A stretch of DNA of 64,000 nt from Acidobacteriota bacterium (GTDB taxonomy: Bacteria; Acidobacteriota; Terriglobia; Acidiferrales; UBA7541). Each line of letters opens with the position of its first letter. Position 1 is the first letter of the stretch. The notes under the pieces are model-generated. The model ran no database searches and was not told where the DNA came from. It was given only the letters and a program-made list of their open reading frames with translations. A program made the position numbers and the translations under genes. Shown here piece after piece: positions 44,312 through 53,639 of this stretch. The DNA lies in the NCBI GenBank assembly GCA_013286165.1, contig JABDGF010000002.1:30501-94500 (forward strand). The letters are read 5' to 3'.

Positions 44312-45193
44312 CTACGCCCTGCGCGCCACAAGAAACTTCGCGAGCGTCCGCAAACTTTCCGCGCGCTCGCCAAACGCGTCCAGTTCTTTCAGCGCCTTCG
44401 TCTCTAGCTCCGTCGCGATGTCCTTCGAAACTTCCATGCCGTGCAGCGCCGGGTACGTCGCCTTCTTCTGCTTCTGATCTTTGCCCGCCGTCTTGCCCAG
44501 CGTCGCAGACGACTCTTCCACGTCCAAAATGTCGTCCACCACCTGAAACGCCCATCCAATATTTTCGCCGAAGGTGAGCAGCCGCGTCACATCGCTGCGT
44601 TCCGCGCCGCCCACAATTCCGCCCGCCACGATCGACGCGCGAATTAGCGCCGCCGTCTTCGACCGGTGAATATATTCGAGCGTCGCGTGGTCGCAGTCCT
44701 TGCCCTCGGCTTCGATGTCCGCCACCTGCCCGCCGATCATTCCGCGATTCGTCCCCGACGCTTCCGCGATCATCGCCAGCAGCGTGATTCGCCGTTGCGG
44801 TTCCACAGCACTCATCGCCAGCACTTGAAACGCGAGCGTGAGCAGCGCGTCGCCTGCCAGAATCGCCATCGCTTCGCCAAATACTTTGTGATTCGTCGGC
44901 TTGCCACGGCGCAGATCGTCGTTGTCGAGCGCAGGCAGGTCGTCGTGGATCAGCGAGTACGTGTGAATCAATTCCATCGCGCAGCCCACGTGCACGGCCG
45001 CCACGGGCTTCGTGGAAAAAATGCGCGCCGCCGCAATGCACAGGAGCGGCCGCACGCGTTTTCCGCCGGCGAACACGCTGTAGCGCATCGCCTTGTGAAT
45101 CGAACTCGGCGTCGTCGATTCCGGGGGCAGAATCTGCTGCAGCGCGGCCTCCACGGTCGCGTGGTCTTTTTCAAACTGTTCGGGAAGTTTCAT
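44312..45193 (-). CDS. ispA: Polyprenyl (farnesyl) diphosphate synthase
   Basis: 293 aa. First DDxxD (LIHDDLPALDNDDLRRG) and second DDxxD (FQVVDDILD) motifs. Conserved xseB-ispA order. Confidence 0.9.
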   Translation of the reverse strand: MKLPEQFEKDHATVEAALQQILPPESTTPSSIHKAMRYSVFAGGKRVRPLLCIAAARIFSTKPVAAVHVGCAMELIHTYSLIHDDLPALDNDDLRRGKPTNHKVFGEAMAILAGDALLTLAFQVLAMSAVEPQRRITLLAMIAEASGTNRGMIGGQVADIEAEGKDCDHATLEYIHRSKTAALIRASIVAGGIVGGAERSDVTRLLTFGENIGWAFQVVDDILDVEESSATLGKTAGKDQKQKKATYPALHGMEVSKDIATELETKALKELDAFGERAESLRTLAKFLVARRA

Positions 45194-45255
45194 CGGGTCC
45201 CAAGATTGAAGTCACACAAACAACGCCGCGCATGGTGCGGTGCCACGCAAGCGGC

Positions 45256-45525
45256 CTACTTCTCGTCTTCCACGTCAAACCGCTCGGCGATCACTTTGCC
45301 GTCCGCCTTCTTGAGCAGAATTTCCACGCGCCCTTCCGCCTCTTCGAGTTGCTTCTGGCAGTCGCGCGAAAGCTTCACGCCTTCCTCGAAAAATTTCATC
45401 GCTTCGTCAAGCGAAAGGTCCGCGCTCTCCAGGCGCTTCACAACTTCTTCCAAGCGCGCCAGAGATTTTTCGAAGTCGCCTTTCTTCGGCGCCTCCACCA
45501 CAGCTTTATTCGGAGCAGGATTCAT
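45256..45525 (-). CDS. xseB: Exodeoxyribonuclease VII small subunit
   Basis: 89 aa. FEKSLARLEEVVKRLESADLSLDEAMKFFEEGVKLSRDCQKQL. Confidence 0.9.
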   Translation of the reverse strand: MNPAPNKAVVEAPKKGDFEKSLARLEEVVKRLESADLSLDEAMKFFEEGVKLSRDCQKQLEEAEGRVEILLKKADGKVIAERFDVEDEK

Positions 45526-45556
45526 CGTTCCTCGTCTTCCATCGAAATGGAGCGCG

Positions 45557-46390
45557 CTATTTCTGGCACGCTTTGCACCAAAAAGTCGAGCGCCCGCCCT
45601 GCTCGCTGCGCAGGATCGGATGCCCGTCGCGCCGGCATTTCAGGCCCTCGCGCCCATATAGATTCAGAATATCTTCGATTCCCTGAAACCACCAATTCGG
45701 GTCGCGAAAATTCGGCGCGGGGTGTAAGCAGCATTCTAACGCACGTCGCAAAATCGAACCAATGCTCTTGTAGAGCCGCGCTACTTCGGCGGGCTTCAAA
45801 CTGCTCGCGCGACGCATCGGCTTCAACCTCGCGAGCCACATCGCCTCGTTCGAATAAATGTTGCCGATGCCCGCTACCTTTTTCTGATCGAGAAGGAAAA
45901 GCTTCAGCGGCAGCGACGACTTCGCCAGCAGTTCCGCGAATCGTGGCCGCGTGAATTCCTTCGACAGCGAATCGACGCCGAGCTTTTTCAAGCCTGCGAT
46001 TTGGCTCTGATCCTCCTCGAACTCCACGCGCCCAAAATGCCGCCCATCCACAAATCCCAGCGTCCCTGCGCCACCGAACCCAATCGCCACGTCGATGTGT
46101 CCCGTTGTTTTCGTCGCCTCAAACCAGACGAGTTGTCCATCGAGGCGAAAATGCATCGCAATCACGCCGCGATCGAGCGGCATCAGCAAAAATTTCCCCA
46201 GCCGCGTCACGCCCACCACTCGCCGCCCGGGCAGCGCCCGTTCGATCCGCGCGGCAGCCGCCCGAGCGCCACGCCCCGAGGACGGCCTCACCGCAATCGG
46301 ATGCAGCACGTGGCAGCTTGTAATTTTGCGCCCCACTACAAACGGCCGCAGTGTCCGCACCACCGCCTCGACTTCAGGAAGTTCTGGCAT
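45557..46390 (-). CDS. mutM: Formamidopyrimidine-DNA glycosylase
   Basis: 277 aa. N-terminal MPELPEVE, H2TH region, and C-terminal zinc finger CRRDGHP..STFWCKACQ. Confidence 0.9.
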   Translation of the reverse strand: MPELPEVEAVVRTLRPFVVGRKITSCHVLHPIAVRPSSGRGARAAAARIERALPGRRVVGVTRLGKFLLMPLDRGVIAMHFRLDGQLVWFEATKTTGHIDVAIGFGGAGTLGFVDGRHFGRVEFEEDQSQIAGLKKLGVDSLSKEFTRPRFAELLAKSSLPLKLFLLDQKKVAGIGNIYSNEAMWLARLKPMRRASSLKPAEVARLYKSIGSILRRALECCLHPAPNFRDPNWWFQGIEDILNLYGREGLKCRRDGHPILRSEQGGRSTFWCKACQK

Positions 46391-46463
46391 CGTTATTCGA
46401 GATTACTCTCCGAGGCCCAGTCGGCCAAATCAGGCGTTGCTCGTATGGCATAATCCCGCCCTG

Positions 46464-46874
46464 ATGGAATTGACGCCAGAACTCGCCACAATTCAACGAG
46501 CGTGGGAGCTTTTCGATTGGTTCAGCTACTGGCCTAGCTTTCACGACGCCGAAATCGTGCGCCTCGACCTGCACCGCCGCAGACCGTCGTCCCTGGTTGT
46601 CGCGACATGGGAGATGACGAATTAGACAGACCCTCGTGGCTACTTCGTTCTCGCGAAGCATGTTGTTGTCACTTTTCTCCTGGACGAAATCGAAGGCCTC
46701 GAACTCGCGGAGTTCAGCAGTCAGAATGTGGTGTCTGGGATCGACGTAAAAATTACGGACGGCAAATTCTGTCTGACGATTGAACCGTGCTACGGTCTCG
46801 CAGGTTCCATCACAGCGCGCAAGCTCTCGATTCAGTTGTCGCCCGGTCCACCTCCGGACAAGCCAGCGAAGTAG
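46464..46874 (+). pseudogene. Imm50-like immunity-protein ORF interrupted by an in-frame TAG
   Basis: MELTPELATIQRAWELFDWFSYWPSFHDAEIVRLDLHRRRPSSLVVATWEMTN-TAG(46623-46625)-TDPRGYFVLAKHVVVTFLLDEIEGLELAEFSSQNVVSGIDV..., all in one frame, with the stop at 46872-46874. The WPSFHDAEI and TWEMT..GYFVL motifs recall Imm50-family proteins (from memory, not searched). Confidence 0.5.
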
Positions 46875-47071
46875 TCCCCGCTGGTAAGTCCCGTTCCCGT
46901 GACGAAACGCGCCGAGCCTCACTGCTATCCGCCGCCGCCCACGCTTGCTAAAATGTTGAAGATGGGCCCTTCTTTAGCACTCCCATCGCATCCGGCTTGC
47001 CTCACCTCGAGGCGGTGCGACGCGCGCGCGCTTACGCACGCCCCGCTCCGTAAAAGGGAAGCCGCCCGCCC

Positions 47072-48526
47072 ATGATCGCCCTCCACCTCTTCGCGGTCCT
47101 CGCGCTCGTCAGCATCAACGCGTTTTTCTCCGCCGCCGAATTTTCGCTCGTCGCCGTGCGCCAGTCGCGTGTCCGCCAACTCGTCGAAGAAGGCGACGCC
47201 CGCGCCCGCGTGGTCGAACAGCTCCTCAGCGACCTGAGCCGCGTGGTCTCCGGCGTGCAAGTCGGCATCACGCTCGCCAGCCTCTCGCTCGGCTACCTTG
47301 GCGAAGTCACGCTCGCCGGCATCATCGCGCCGCTCATGCAGACATTCACGAAGCCCTGGGCCGCGATGGTCACGCACGGCGTCGCGCTCGTGATCGCGTT
47401 CACACTACTCACGATCTTGCAGGTCGTCCTCGGCGAACTCGTCCCGAAATCCCTCAGCCTTGCGCGCGCCGAACGCGTCGCGCTGCTCATCGCGCGCCCA
47501 TTCTCGTGGTTTCTCACTACGTTCAGCTGGGCCATCCGAATTCTGGACAACGCCGCCGAACGCATCGTGCGCGCTCTCGGCGTCGTCGCGCCACACGATC
47601 ACACGGCAGCACGCTCCACTGAAGAGCTGCAGGTGATGATCCAGCAGGCGCATGATCGAGGACTGCTTCCCGCCGCCGAAGTGAAAGTCATCCAGTCCGC
47701 CATGCAGATGGGCGAAGTCGCGGTACGCGAAGTGATGATTCCGCGCCCAGACGTGCACGCGCTCTCCAGTATGGCCACCGTCGATGAAGCGATGCGAATG
47801 TTTGCCACGACGCAGCGCTCGCGCATTCCGGTGTACGAAGGCTCGCTCGATCACATTCTCGGCTTCGTCCATATCAAGGACATGATTTGGGTCCTGCTCG
47901 ACCGCTCGCGCCGCATCGAAGATCACCTGCCCGTGCCGGAGTTCAGCATTCGTTCGATGCTTCGCGATACGCTCATCGTTCCCGAATCGAAGTCCGTCAG
48001 CGAACTGCTCGCCGAATTTCGCTCGCGCCGAACCGGCCTCTCCATGGTCGTGGATGAATTTGGCAGCATCCTCGGTCTCGTCACGCTGGAAGATCTGCTC
48101 GAACAAATGGTCGGCGAGATTAATGATGAGTTCGACGTCGTCGAGCGCCCGCTCGAGCTACCTGATGGCGGAGTGGTCTTCGACGCGGCGCTCAAAGTTC
48201 GCGAACTTGAAGGCCGCTACAGCGTCAATTTGCCCGAAGACGATTCGTACCAGACGGTCGGCGGATACGTTTTGAATCGCCTCGGCTTCATCCCGCGCGG
48301 CGGTGAAAGTTTTGAAGACGAAGGCTATCGCTTCACCGTCACCGAAATGGACAATCGCCGCATCTCGCGCGTGAAAATTAAGCGCTTGCCTCCGCCACAG
48401 CCGCTTCTCGTCGAGCCTACCGAGATTTCGCAAGCTGCCGCCGACGCCGAATCCGAAAACTCGGATTCAGAGCGCCATACGGACGACCGGCCGGAGCCTC
48501 GCAAGGCCAAAGGCTCCGCCAAGTAA
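47072..48526 (+). CDS. CNNM/HlyC-CorC family transporter (DUF21-CBS pair-CorC_HlyC)
   Basis: 484 aa. N-terminal DUF21 TM domain (NAFFSAAEFSLVAV), CBS pair, CorC C-terminal domain (GYVLNRLGFIPRGGESF..RISRVKI). Confidence 0.9.
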   Translation: MIALHLFAVLALVSINAFFSAAEFSLVAVRQSRVRQLVEEGDARARVVEQLLSDLSRVVSGVQVGITLASLSLGYLGEVTLAGIIAPLMQTFTKPWAAMVTHGVALVIAFTLLTILQVVLGELVPKSLSLARAERVALLIARPFSWFLTTFSWAIRILDNAAERIVRALGVVAPHDHTAARSTEELQVMIQQAHDRGLLPAAEVKVIQSAMQMGEVAVREVMIPRPDVHALSSMATVDEAMRMFATTQRSRIPVYEGSLDHILGFVHIKDMIWVLLDRSRRIEDHLPVPEFSIRSMLRDTLIVPESKSVSELLAEFRSRRTGLSMVVDEFGSILGLVTLEDLLEQMVGEINDEFDVVERPLELPDGGVVFDAALKVRELEGRYSVNLPEDDSYQTVGGYVLNRLGFIPRGGESFEDEGYRFTVTEMDNRRISRVKIKRLPPPQPLLVEPTEISQAAADAESENSDSERHTDDRPEPRKAKGSAK

Positions 48527-49470
48527 TGGCCGCGCTACGCGTTCCTCCGATCATCCGATTCGTCGGCTTGCGCCTCGTGCTCGCATTGCCCGCGCTCTGG
48601 CTGATCCTCACTATGGTTTTCTTGCTAATCCACATCGTGCCCGGCGATCCCGTTGCGCAAATGCTCGGCGACGGCGCGCGTGCCGACGATCTCCAGCAGC
48701 TCCGCCACGCGTTGAAGCTCGACCAGCCCGTCCAGGTGCAGTATTTCGATTATATTCGCGGCATCTTGCACGGGGATCTCGGGCAGTCATTCCGCTTTCA
48801 GCAGCCTGTCACGCGCGTGATTGCCGATCACTACGCGGCTACGCTTCAACTTTCCTTGGTCGCGCTCGCCGTCTGCGCGTTGATCGGAATTTTCGGCGGC
48901 ATCCTCGCCGCGCAGAAGCGGGGAACTGCAACGGATACGACCGTTAGCGTCCTCACGCTGTTCGGACTCTCCGTCCCGAATTTCGCGCTCGGCCCGGTGC
49001 TGATGCTCGTCTTCGCTGTAATCCTCGGCTGGCTGCCCGTTACGGGACGCGGTGGTCCTGCGTACTTCGTTCTCCCCGCGCTCACGCTCGGCGCCGCTCT
49101 CGCCGCGATTCTCACGCGCATGGTTCGCATTTCCGTGATCGAAGAACTTTCGAGCGACTATGTCCGCACGGCCCGCGCAAAAGGCCTCACCGATTCCGCG
49201 GTGCTTTTCAAACACGCTTTCCGCAACGCGTTGATTCCGATCCTCACGATCCTCGGCCTGCAATTTGGCGCGCTGCTCGCCGGAACCATCGTCACCGAAA
49301 CGATTTTCTCGTGGCCCGGCATCGGCCGGCTCACCGTGCAAGCCATCAACGCGCGCGACTATCCGTTGCTCCAGGGCTGCATTTTGCTGATCGCTGTGAC
49401 GTACGTGTTTGTGAATTTGCTCACGGATGTTGTGTACGCCGTCGTTGATCCGCGCGTGAGGTTCGAATGA
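48526..49470 (+). CDS. ABC transporter permease, DppB/OppB-like
   Basis: 314 aa. N-terminus IRFVGLRLVLALPALWLILTMVFLLIHIVPGDPV and EAA-loop region DYVRTARAKGL. The ATG overlaps the upstream stop (TAATG). Confidence 0.9.
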   Translation: MAALRVPPIIRFVGLRLVLALPALWLILTMVFLLIHIVPGDPVAQMLGDGARADDLQQLRHALKLDQPVQVQYFDYIRGILHGDLGQSFRFQQPVTRVIADHYAATLQLSLVALAVCALIGIFGGILAAQKRGTATDTTVSVLTLFGLSVPNFALGPVLMLVFAVILGWLPVTGRGGPAYFVLPALTLGAALAAILTRMVRISVIEELSSDYVRTARAKGLTDSAVLFKHAFRNALIPILTILGLQFGALLAGTIVTETIFSWPGIGRLTVQAINARDYPLLQGCILLIAVTYVFVNLLTDVVYAVVDPRVRFE

Positions 49471-50330
49471 GCGAGCTGCGGGATTTTCTGAAACACAGCG
49501 CGCCCGGCCGCGTCGGTTTCGCGCTCACGCTGTTGCTCGTGCTCATCGCGATCGCCGCGCCGCTCGTGTCGCGTTACGACCCCGCCGCACAGAATCTTCC
49601 CGCGCGTCTTTCGCCACCCTCCGCCGCGCACTGGATGGGCACCGATGAACTCGGCCGCGACGTGTGGGCGCGCATCATCTACGGCACGCGCGTCTCGATG
49701 ATGGTTAGCATTTGCGTTGTGCTCGGAGCAGGCTTGGTCGGCCTCGCCATCGGCGCTACGGCGGGCTATTTCGGCGGCTGGTTCGACCGCATCAACAACA
49801 TTTTCTTCATCAATGCGTTTCTGTCGTTTCCTGGGATTTTGCTCGCCATCGCGTTCGCCGCGTTCCTGGGGCCAAGCATCAGGAATGTGATTCTCGCTCT
49901 CGTGATTACGGGCTGGGCGGGTTACGCCCGCGTCGCACGCGCACAGTCTTTGCAGGTGAAAGAATTCGAATACGTGCTCGCGGCGCGGTCACTCGGAGCC
50001 TCGCACGCGCGCATTCTCACGCGGCATCTGCTGCCCAATATTCTTCAACCGATTTTGGTCCTCGCGACAGTAGGAATGGCGGGTGCTATCCTCGCCGAAT
50101 CCACGTTGAGCTTCCTTGGCGTCGGCGTGCTAGCACCGATGCCAAGCTGGGGCGCCATGCTCAATGACGCGCGCGGCCACCTTTTTGACGCGCCGCATCT
50201 CGTTATCTTCCCGGCGCTAGCCGTAATGACCGCCGTCCTCGCATTCAATTTGTTAGGCGACGCGCTTCGCGACTGGCTCGACCCGCGCATGCGCAGCTAC
50301 CTAACCGCCGCCGCTTCAGCTCTCCGCTAA
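49467..50330 (+). CDS. ABC transporter permease, DppC/OppC-like
   Basis: 287 aa. HWMGTDELGRDVWARIIYG, and EYVLAARSLGAS EAA-loop. ATGA overlap with the preceding permease. Confidence 0.9.
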   Translation: MSELRDFLKHSAPGRVGFALTLLLVLIAIAAPLVSRYDPAAQNLPARLSPPSAAHWMGTDELGRDVWARIIYGTRVSMMVSICVVLGAGLVGLAIGATAGYFGGWFDRINNIFFINAFLSFPGILLAIAFAAFLGPSIRNVILALVITGWAGYARVARAQSLQVKEFEYVLAARSLGASHARILTRHLLPNILQPILVLATVGMAGAILAESTLSFLGVGVLAPMPSWGAMLNDARGHLFDAPHLVIFPALAVMTAVLAFNLLGDALRDWLDPRMRSYLTAAASALR

Positions 50331-50481
50331 CGCGCACGCATCGAACGCGCAGCAGCATAGGCCTTCCGGCCTGTGTGCCTTTGAACTTGTAGTCAGGAAA
50401 AAATGCAGGCGTTCTGAAATTTCCGATCAGGAGGGAGTTATTCTTGCCACCAGCCACCAATCACTAGCCACTTTCCGTTCC

Positions 50482-51276
50482 TCACCCCAACTCCACCGTC
50501 ACTTCCGATCCTCGCGCTACGCCCAACGCCCGCGCTGCATTCCCCTTATTCACCGAAATTTCCAGATAGCCCGTCGAGCCAATCATCCCCACAGCCTCGC
50601 CCGCAGCGCCCTCCGCAAACGTCGCCACAATTTTCTGCACCACACCCGTACCCACACGAATCGTGAACTTCGCTTCCGGCGCAAACAGCGCGGGCGCATC
50701 CTCGGGCCGCAGATTCGTCACCAAATTTCCAAAGTGATCGACGCGCAGCACCAGGCACTTGATCGTATTTCCGCTGGCCTTCGGCTTCGGAATCGCAAAC
50801 CGGACGTAATCCTCGATCTCTTCGCCAAAGCTCGCTGTCTGCCACGTCTTGCTCAGCCACGCTGCCGTCGGCGCAAAAATGTCTCGCCCGTGAAACGTTG
50901 CGCTGATCGGATTCAAAAAGTAGTGTTCCGCCGTTACGTGCCACGCGTGAATCGATTCGCTCTGGTCGTACACCGCCGAGAGCACACCGTTATCCGGCGC
51001 CACAAAATAGTGCGTGTCGCCCGCCACCAAAATTGGCCGCCGCGCTGTGCCCACGCCGGGATCAACCACCACCAAATGAATTGTGCGGGGCGGGAAGTAC
51101 TTGTGCGCCTGTCCGATCGTCAGCGCGCCGTCCAGAATGTCGTGCGCCAGCACGCTGTGCGAGATGTCCACGATCGTCGCTTCGGGGTTGATGTTTAGGA
51201 TCACGCCCCGCATCACGCCTACGTAGTTGTCGCTGGTGCCGTAATCGGTGGTCAGTGTAATGATCGGGCGAGCCAA
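50482..51276 (-). CDS. SAM hydroxide adenosyltransferase family protein (DUF62)
   Basis: 264 aa. ITLTTDYGTSDNYVGVMRGVI, VVDPGVGT and FHGRDIFAP motifs. Confidence 0.9.
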   Translation of the reverse strand: MARPIITLTTDYGTSDNYVGVMRGVILNINPEATIVDISHSVLAHDILDGALTIGQAHKYFPPRTIHLVVVDPGVGTARRPILVAGDTHYFVAPDNGVLSAVYDQSESIHAWHVTAEHYFLNPISATFHGRDIFAPTAAWLSKTWQTASFGEEIEDYVRFAIPKPKASGNTIKCLVLRVDHFGNLVTNLRPEDAPALFAPEAKFTIRVGTGVVQKIVATFAEGAAGEAVGMIGSTGYLEISVNKGNAARALGVARGSEVTVELG

Positions 51277-51545
51277 GGTTCACTCCGCAGTTGTAGCGTT
51301 GGAAATGTGCTGCACGAGCGCGTACTTCCACGCTAATCGAGGCATCGGGAGTGGTCAACCCCGTTGGACCGATAAGTAAACTCTAATGTGCGCAGAGTCG
51401 CACAGGCCGCACCCCGCCGTGCGCCTTTGAGTTTGCCTCAGACCATTTCCAATCCTGGGAACAAATCCAGTCCTTGCACGATCACGATTGCGACGGACGT
51501 GAGCGGCACAGGCTGGAGTTTGCCTGTGTGCCTTAAGTTTTCTCT

Positions 51546-53480
51546 CTAGTGCCCGCCGTCACCCGGTTTCGCCGCCGTCTCGTGGTTCGCCGCGATCGGC
51601 TTAATAATGTCATCCAGGTAAGCTGGCGTCCCCTCCACGCGCTCCAAAGCCGGATAGCGCTCCCCCTCGTGGTAGTCGAGGTCAATCGTCGAAAGAAACG
51701 TATCCGACTGCACCGTCAGATGAATCGGCTCCGCCTGATTCTTAGCGTTGCGCAACGCCGCGCGAAACCGCTCCGGCGAGAACGCCTGACCATTCACCGC
51801 AAGAATTTTGTCTCCCGGCGTGAGTTTCGCTTTCGCCGCCGGCCCGTTCCAGCGGACGGCCTGCACTTCACCCTGCGCGCCAAGCCCGACTCCCACCGAA
51901 TACCAGGCTTCCACACCGGGAGTTCCATGCCGTGTGGTCAACACCAGCGTCTCCGTCGCGGTGGGCTGGTCGGTGAACACCAGCTTGTATCCCCCGCGCT
52001 CAATCCCGGCAAGGTCCGCGTGCGGCGCGATGCTGTAAATCCGGTCGTGAAAAAATCCCGCCCAGTCATACGGCGCCACCTGGTTCAGGTCCTGCACCAC
52101 CTCGTCCAGCGTGTAGGTCACTATCAGCGGCCCGGTGTTCCCGCCCTTGCCCAGAAAGATGTGCTCGAAATCGTCGAGCGATTTCTGGTTACTCGTGAGC
52201 TTTCGAATCAGCGTATCCGCGTCCAGCCACACAATCTGGCCTTCGTCGTAGTAATCCTGACTTCGCCGCCAATCCGCCCATGCCGGGTCGTTCGCTCGCA
52301 GTACGCTCGCAGCCACCGCTGTGTCCTCCGTCGTGCGCCACTCGCGTCCCGACGTGTAATCGAGAAGCGCCGCGGTAAAGGCGAGGATGTCGCGATACTG
52401 TTGCGGCGATTTCAGCCCTGCCCGCGCCGCCAACACATTGCCCAAATATTGCGTCATGCCCTCATAAACCCACAGCAGCCCGCCTTGCTGCATCGTCGCG
52501 AAATCTGCCTGGTAGAGCCCCGCTGGCCGCCGATACTTGCCGTCCCACGAGTGCGTGTACTCGTGCGGCAGCAGGTCCGCGTCGTACAGCGCGCTGGCCT
52601 CCTCCGAAAGATCCTTTTCTCCCACACCATATTCCGAAGACTGCCCGTGCTCCAGCGTCGTATCCGTTCCGATGAAATCCGACATCGCCACCAGGAAGTG
52701 ATACTGGTTGTAGTGATGCGACTTATACAGCGCGTCCGCCTCGCGCACCAGATTGGCGACGTTGGCAAGCTCCGCCGCCGACAAACTGCAATCCTCGGGT
52801 TGGTCGCACGCCACGTCGATGAAATGCTTGGGCGAAATTTCCGGTGCCAACGCAAACTCCCGAAAATTCTGTCCGATCAGCACCGGCGAATCTTCCAGCT
52901 GCTCCACATTCGTCACCGCAAATTTTGTCGTGCTTCCCGCAGCTGGCAACGGATACGCCGTACCGCCGCTCGGCACCAGCGCCGTCCCGATGCTCCATCC
53001 CGCAGGCACGATCAACGAAGGCTGAACTGCGATGTCGCGCACCGGCGTGTTCGCCGGATACAGCGCCAGCGACTCCCAATCCAGCAGCGCCAGCCGGTGC
53101 GACACGTTCAGCGGCACCAGGCAATCCAGGTGCGCGTGCAGCATCGTCACTCCGGGCGGCACCGTCACGTGAAACTCATACAGATCCACGTCGTCGCGCC
53201 GCCAATCGAGCGTCTTGCCGTTCGCCGTGAACACCACGCCCACAATATTGCTCACCGGCCCAAACGGCTGGTGCGTGCCGGGAATCCACTTCGGCGTGAT
53301 CAGCGTGACTGGCCCGGGCGACACGGGCAGATCGATCTCAGCGCGAACGATTTTGCGCGGCGCGTCGGTCAGGTCCGCAACGAGTTGGATCGGCGTCGAT
53401 TGCTTCTGCGCCCAAGCGGGCGAAACGCAGAGAGCACACAAGACGGCAGCCATCAGAGGAAAACGAGAGTAGTTTTTCAT
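51546..53480 (-). CDS. Secreted M61-family glycyl aminopeptidase with C-terminal PDZ domain
   Basis: 644 aa from ATG 53480 (signal MKNYSRFPLMAAVLCALCVSPAWAQ). Zinc motif LLPHEYTHSWDGKYRRP. PDZ-like C-terminus (GDKILAVNGQAF). The track ORF extends to 54167 with no support. Confidence 0.85.
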   Translation of the reverse strand: MKNYSRFPLMAAVLCALCVSPAWAQKQSTPIQLVADLTDAPRKIVRAEIDLPVSPGPVTLITPKWIPGTHQPFGPVSNIVGVVFTANGKTLDWRRDDVDLYEFHVTVPPGVTMLHAHLDCLVPLNVSHRLALLDWESLALYPANTPVRDIAVQPSLIVPAGWSIGTALVPSGGTAYPLPAAGSTTKFAVTNVEQLEDSPVLIGQNFREFALAPEISPKHFIDVACDQPEDCSLSAAELANVANLVREADALYKSHHYNQYHFLVAMSDFIGTDTTLEHGQSSEYGVGEKDLSEEASALYDADLLPHEYTHSWDGKYRRPAGLYQADFATMQQGGLLWVYEGMTQYLGNVLAARAGLKSPQQYRDILAFTAALLDYTSGREWRTTEDTAVAASVLRANDPAWADWRRSQDYYDEGQIVWLDADTLIRKLTSNQKSLDDFEHIFLGKGGNTGPLIVTYTLDEVVQDLNQVAPYDWAGFFHDRIYSIAPHADLAGIERGGYKLVFTDQPTATETLVLTTRHGTPGVEAWYSVGVGLGAQGEVQAVRWNGPAAKAKLTPGDKILAVNGQAFSPERFRAALRNAKNQAEPIHLTVQSDTFLSTIDLDYHEGERYPALERVEGTPAYLDDIIKPIAANHETAAKPGDGGH

Positions 53481-53639
53481 TTTTTCGCTTATGTAAGAGG
53501 ATGCGCCGGAATTCTTACACCCACCGGCGGCATGGCGCATCCTACGCCGCCCGCGCCCCCCACTCAACAGATTTACGCCCGCGTTTCTTGACCCCGCGCT
53601 CCACGCGCCGCTATTCTGAAATGGAGCACCACCGCCGCC

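Noticed and set aside
46617-46632. A frameshift as the cause of the Imm50-like gene disruption
   Set aside because: Codon-by-codon reading shows that both halves are in the same frame, separated only by TAG 46623-46625, so this is a nonsense codon and not an indel.
46374-46922. 182-aa minus-strand ORF
   Set aside because: It is antisense to the Imm50-like reading frame and has no recognisable motifs. The plus frame shows family-like motifs on both sides of the TAG.
51549-53591. 680-aa plus-strand ORF
   Set aside because: Antisense to the M61 peptidase gene. Its translation is Arg-rich with no recognisable motifs.
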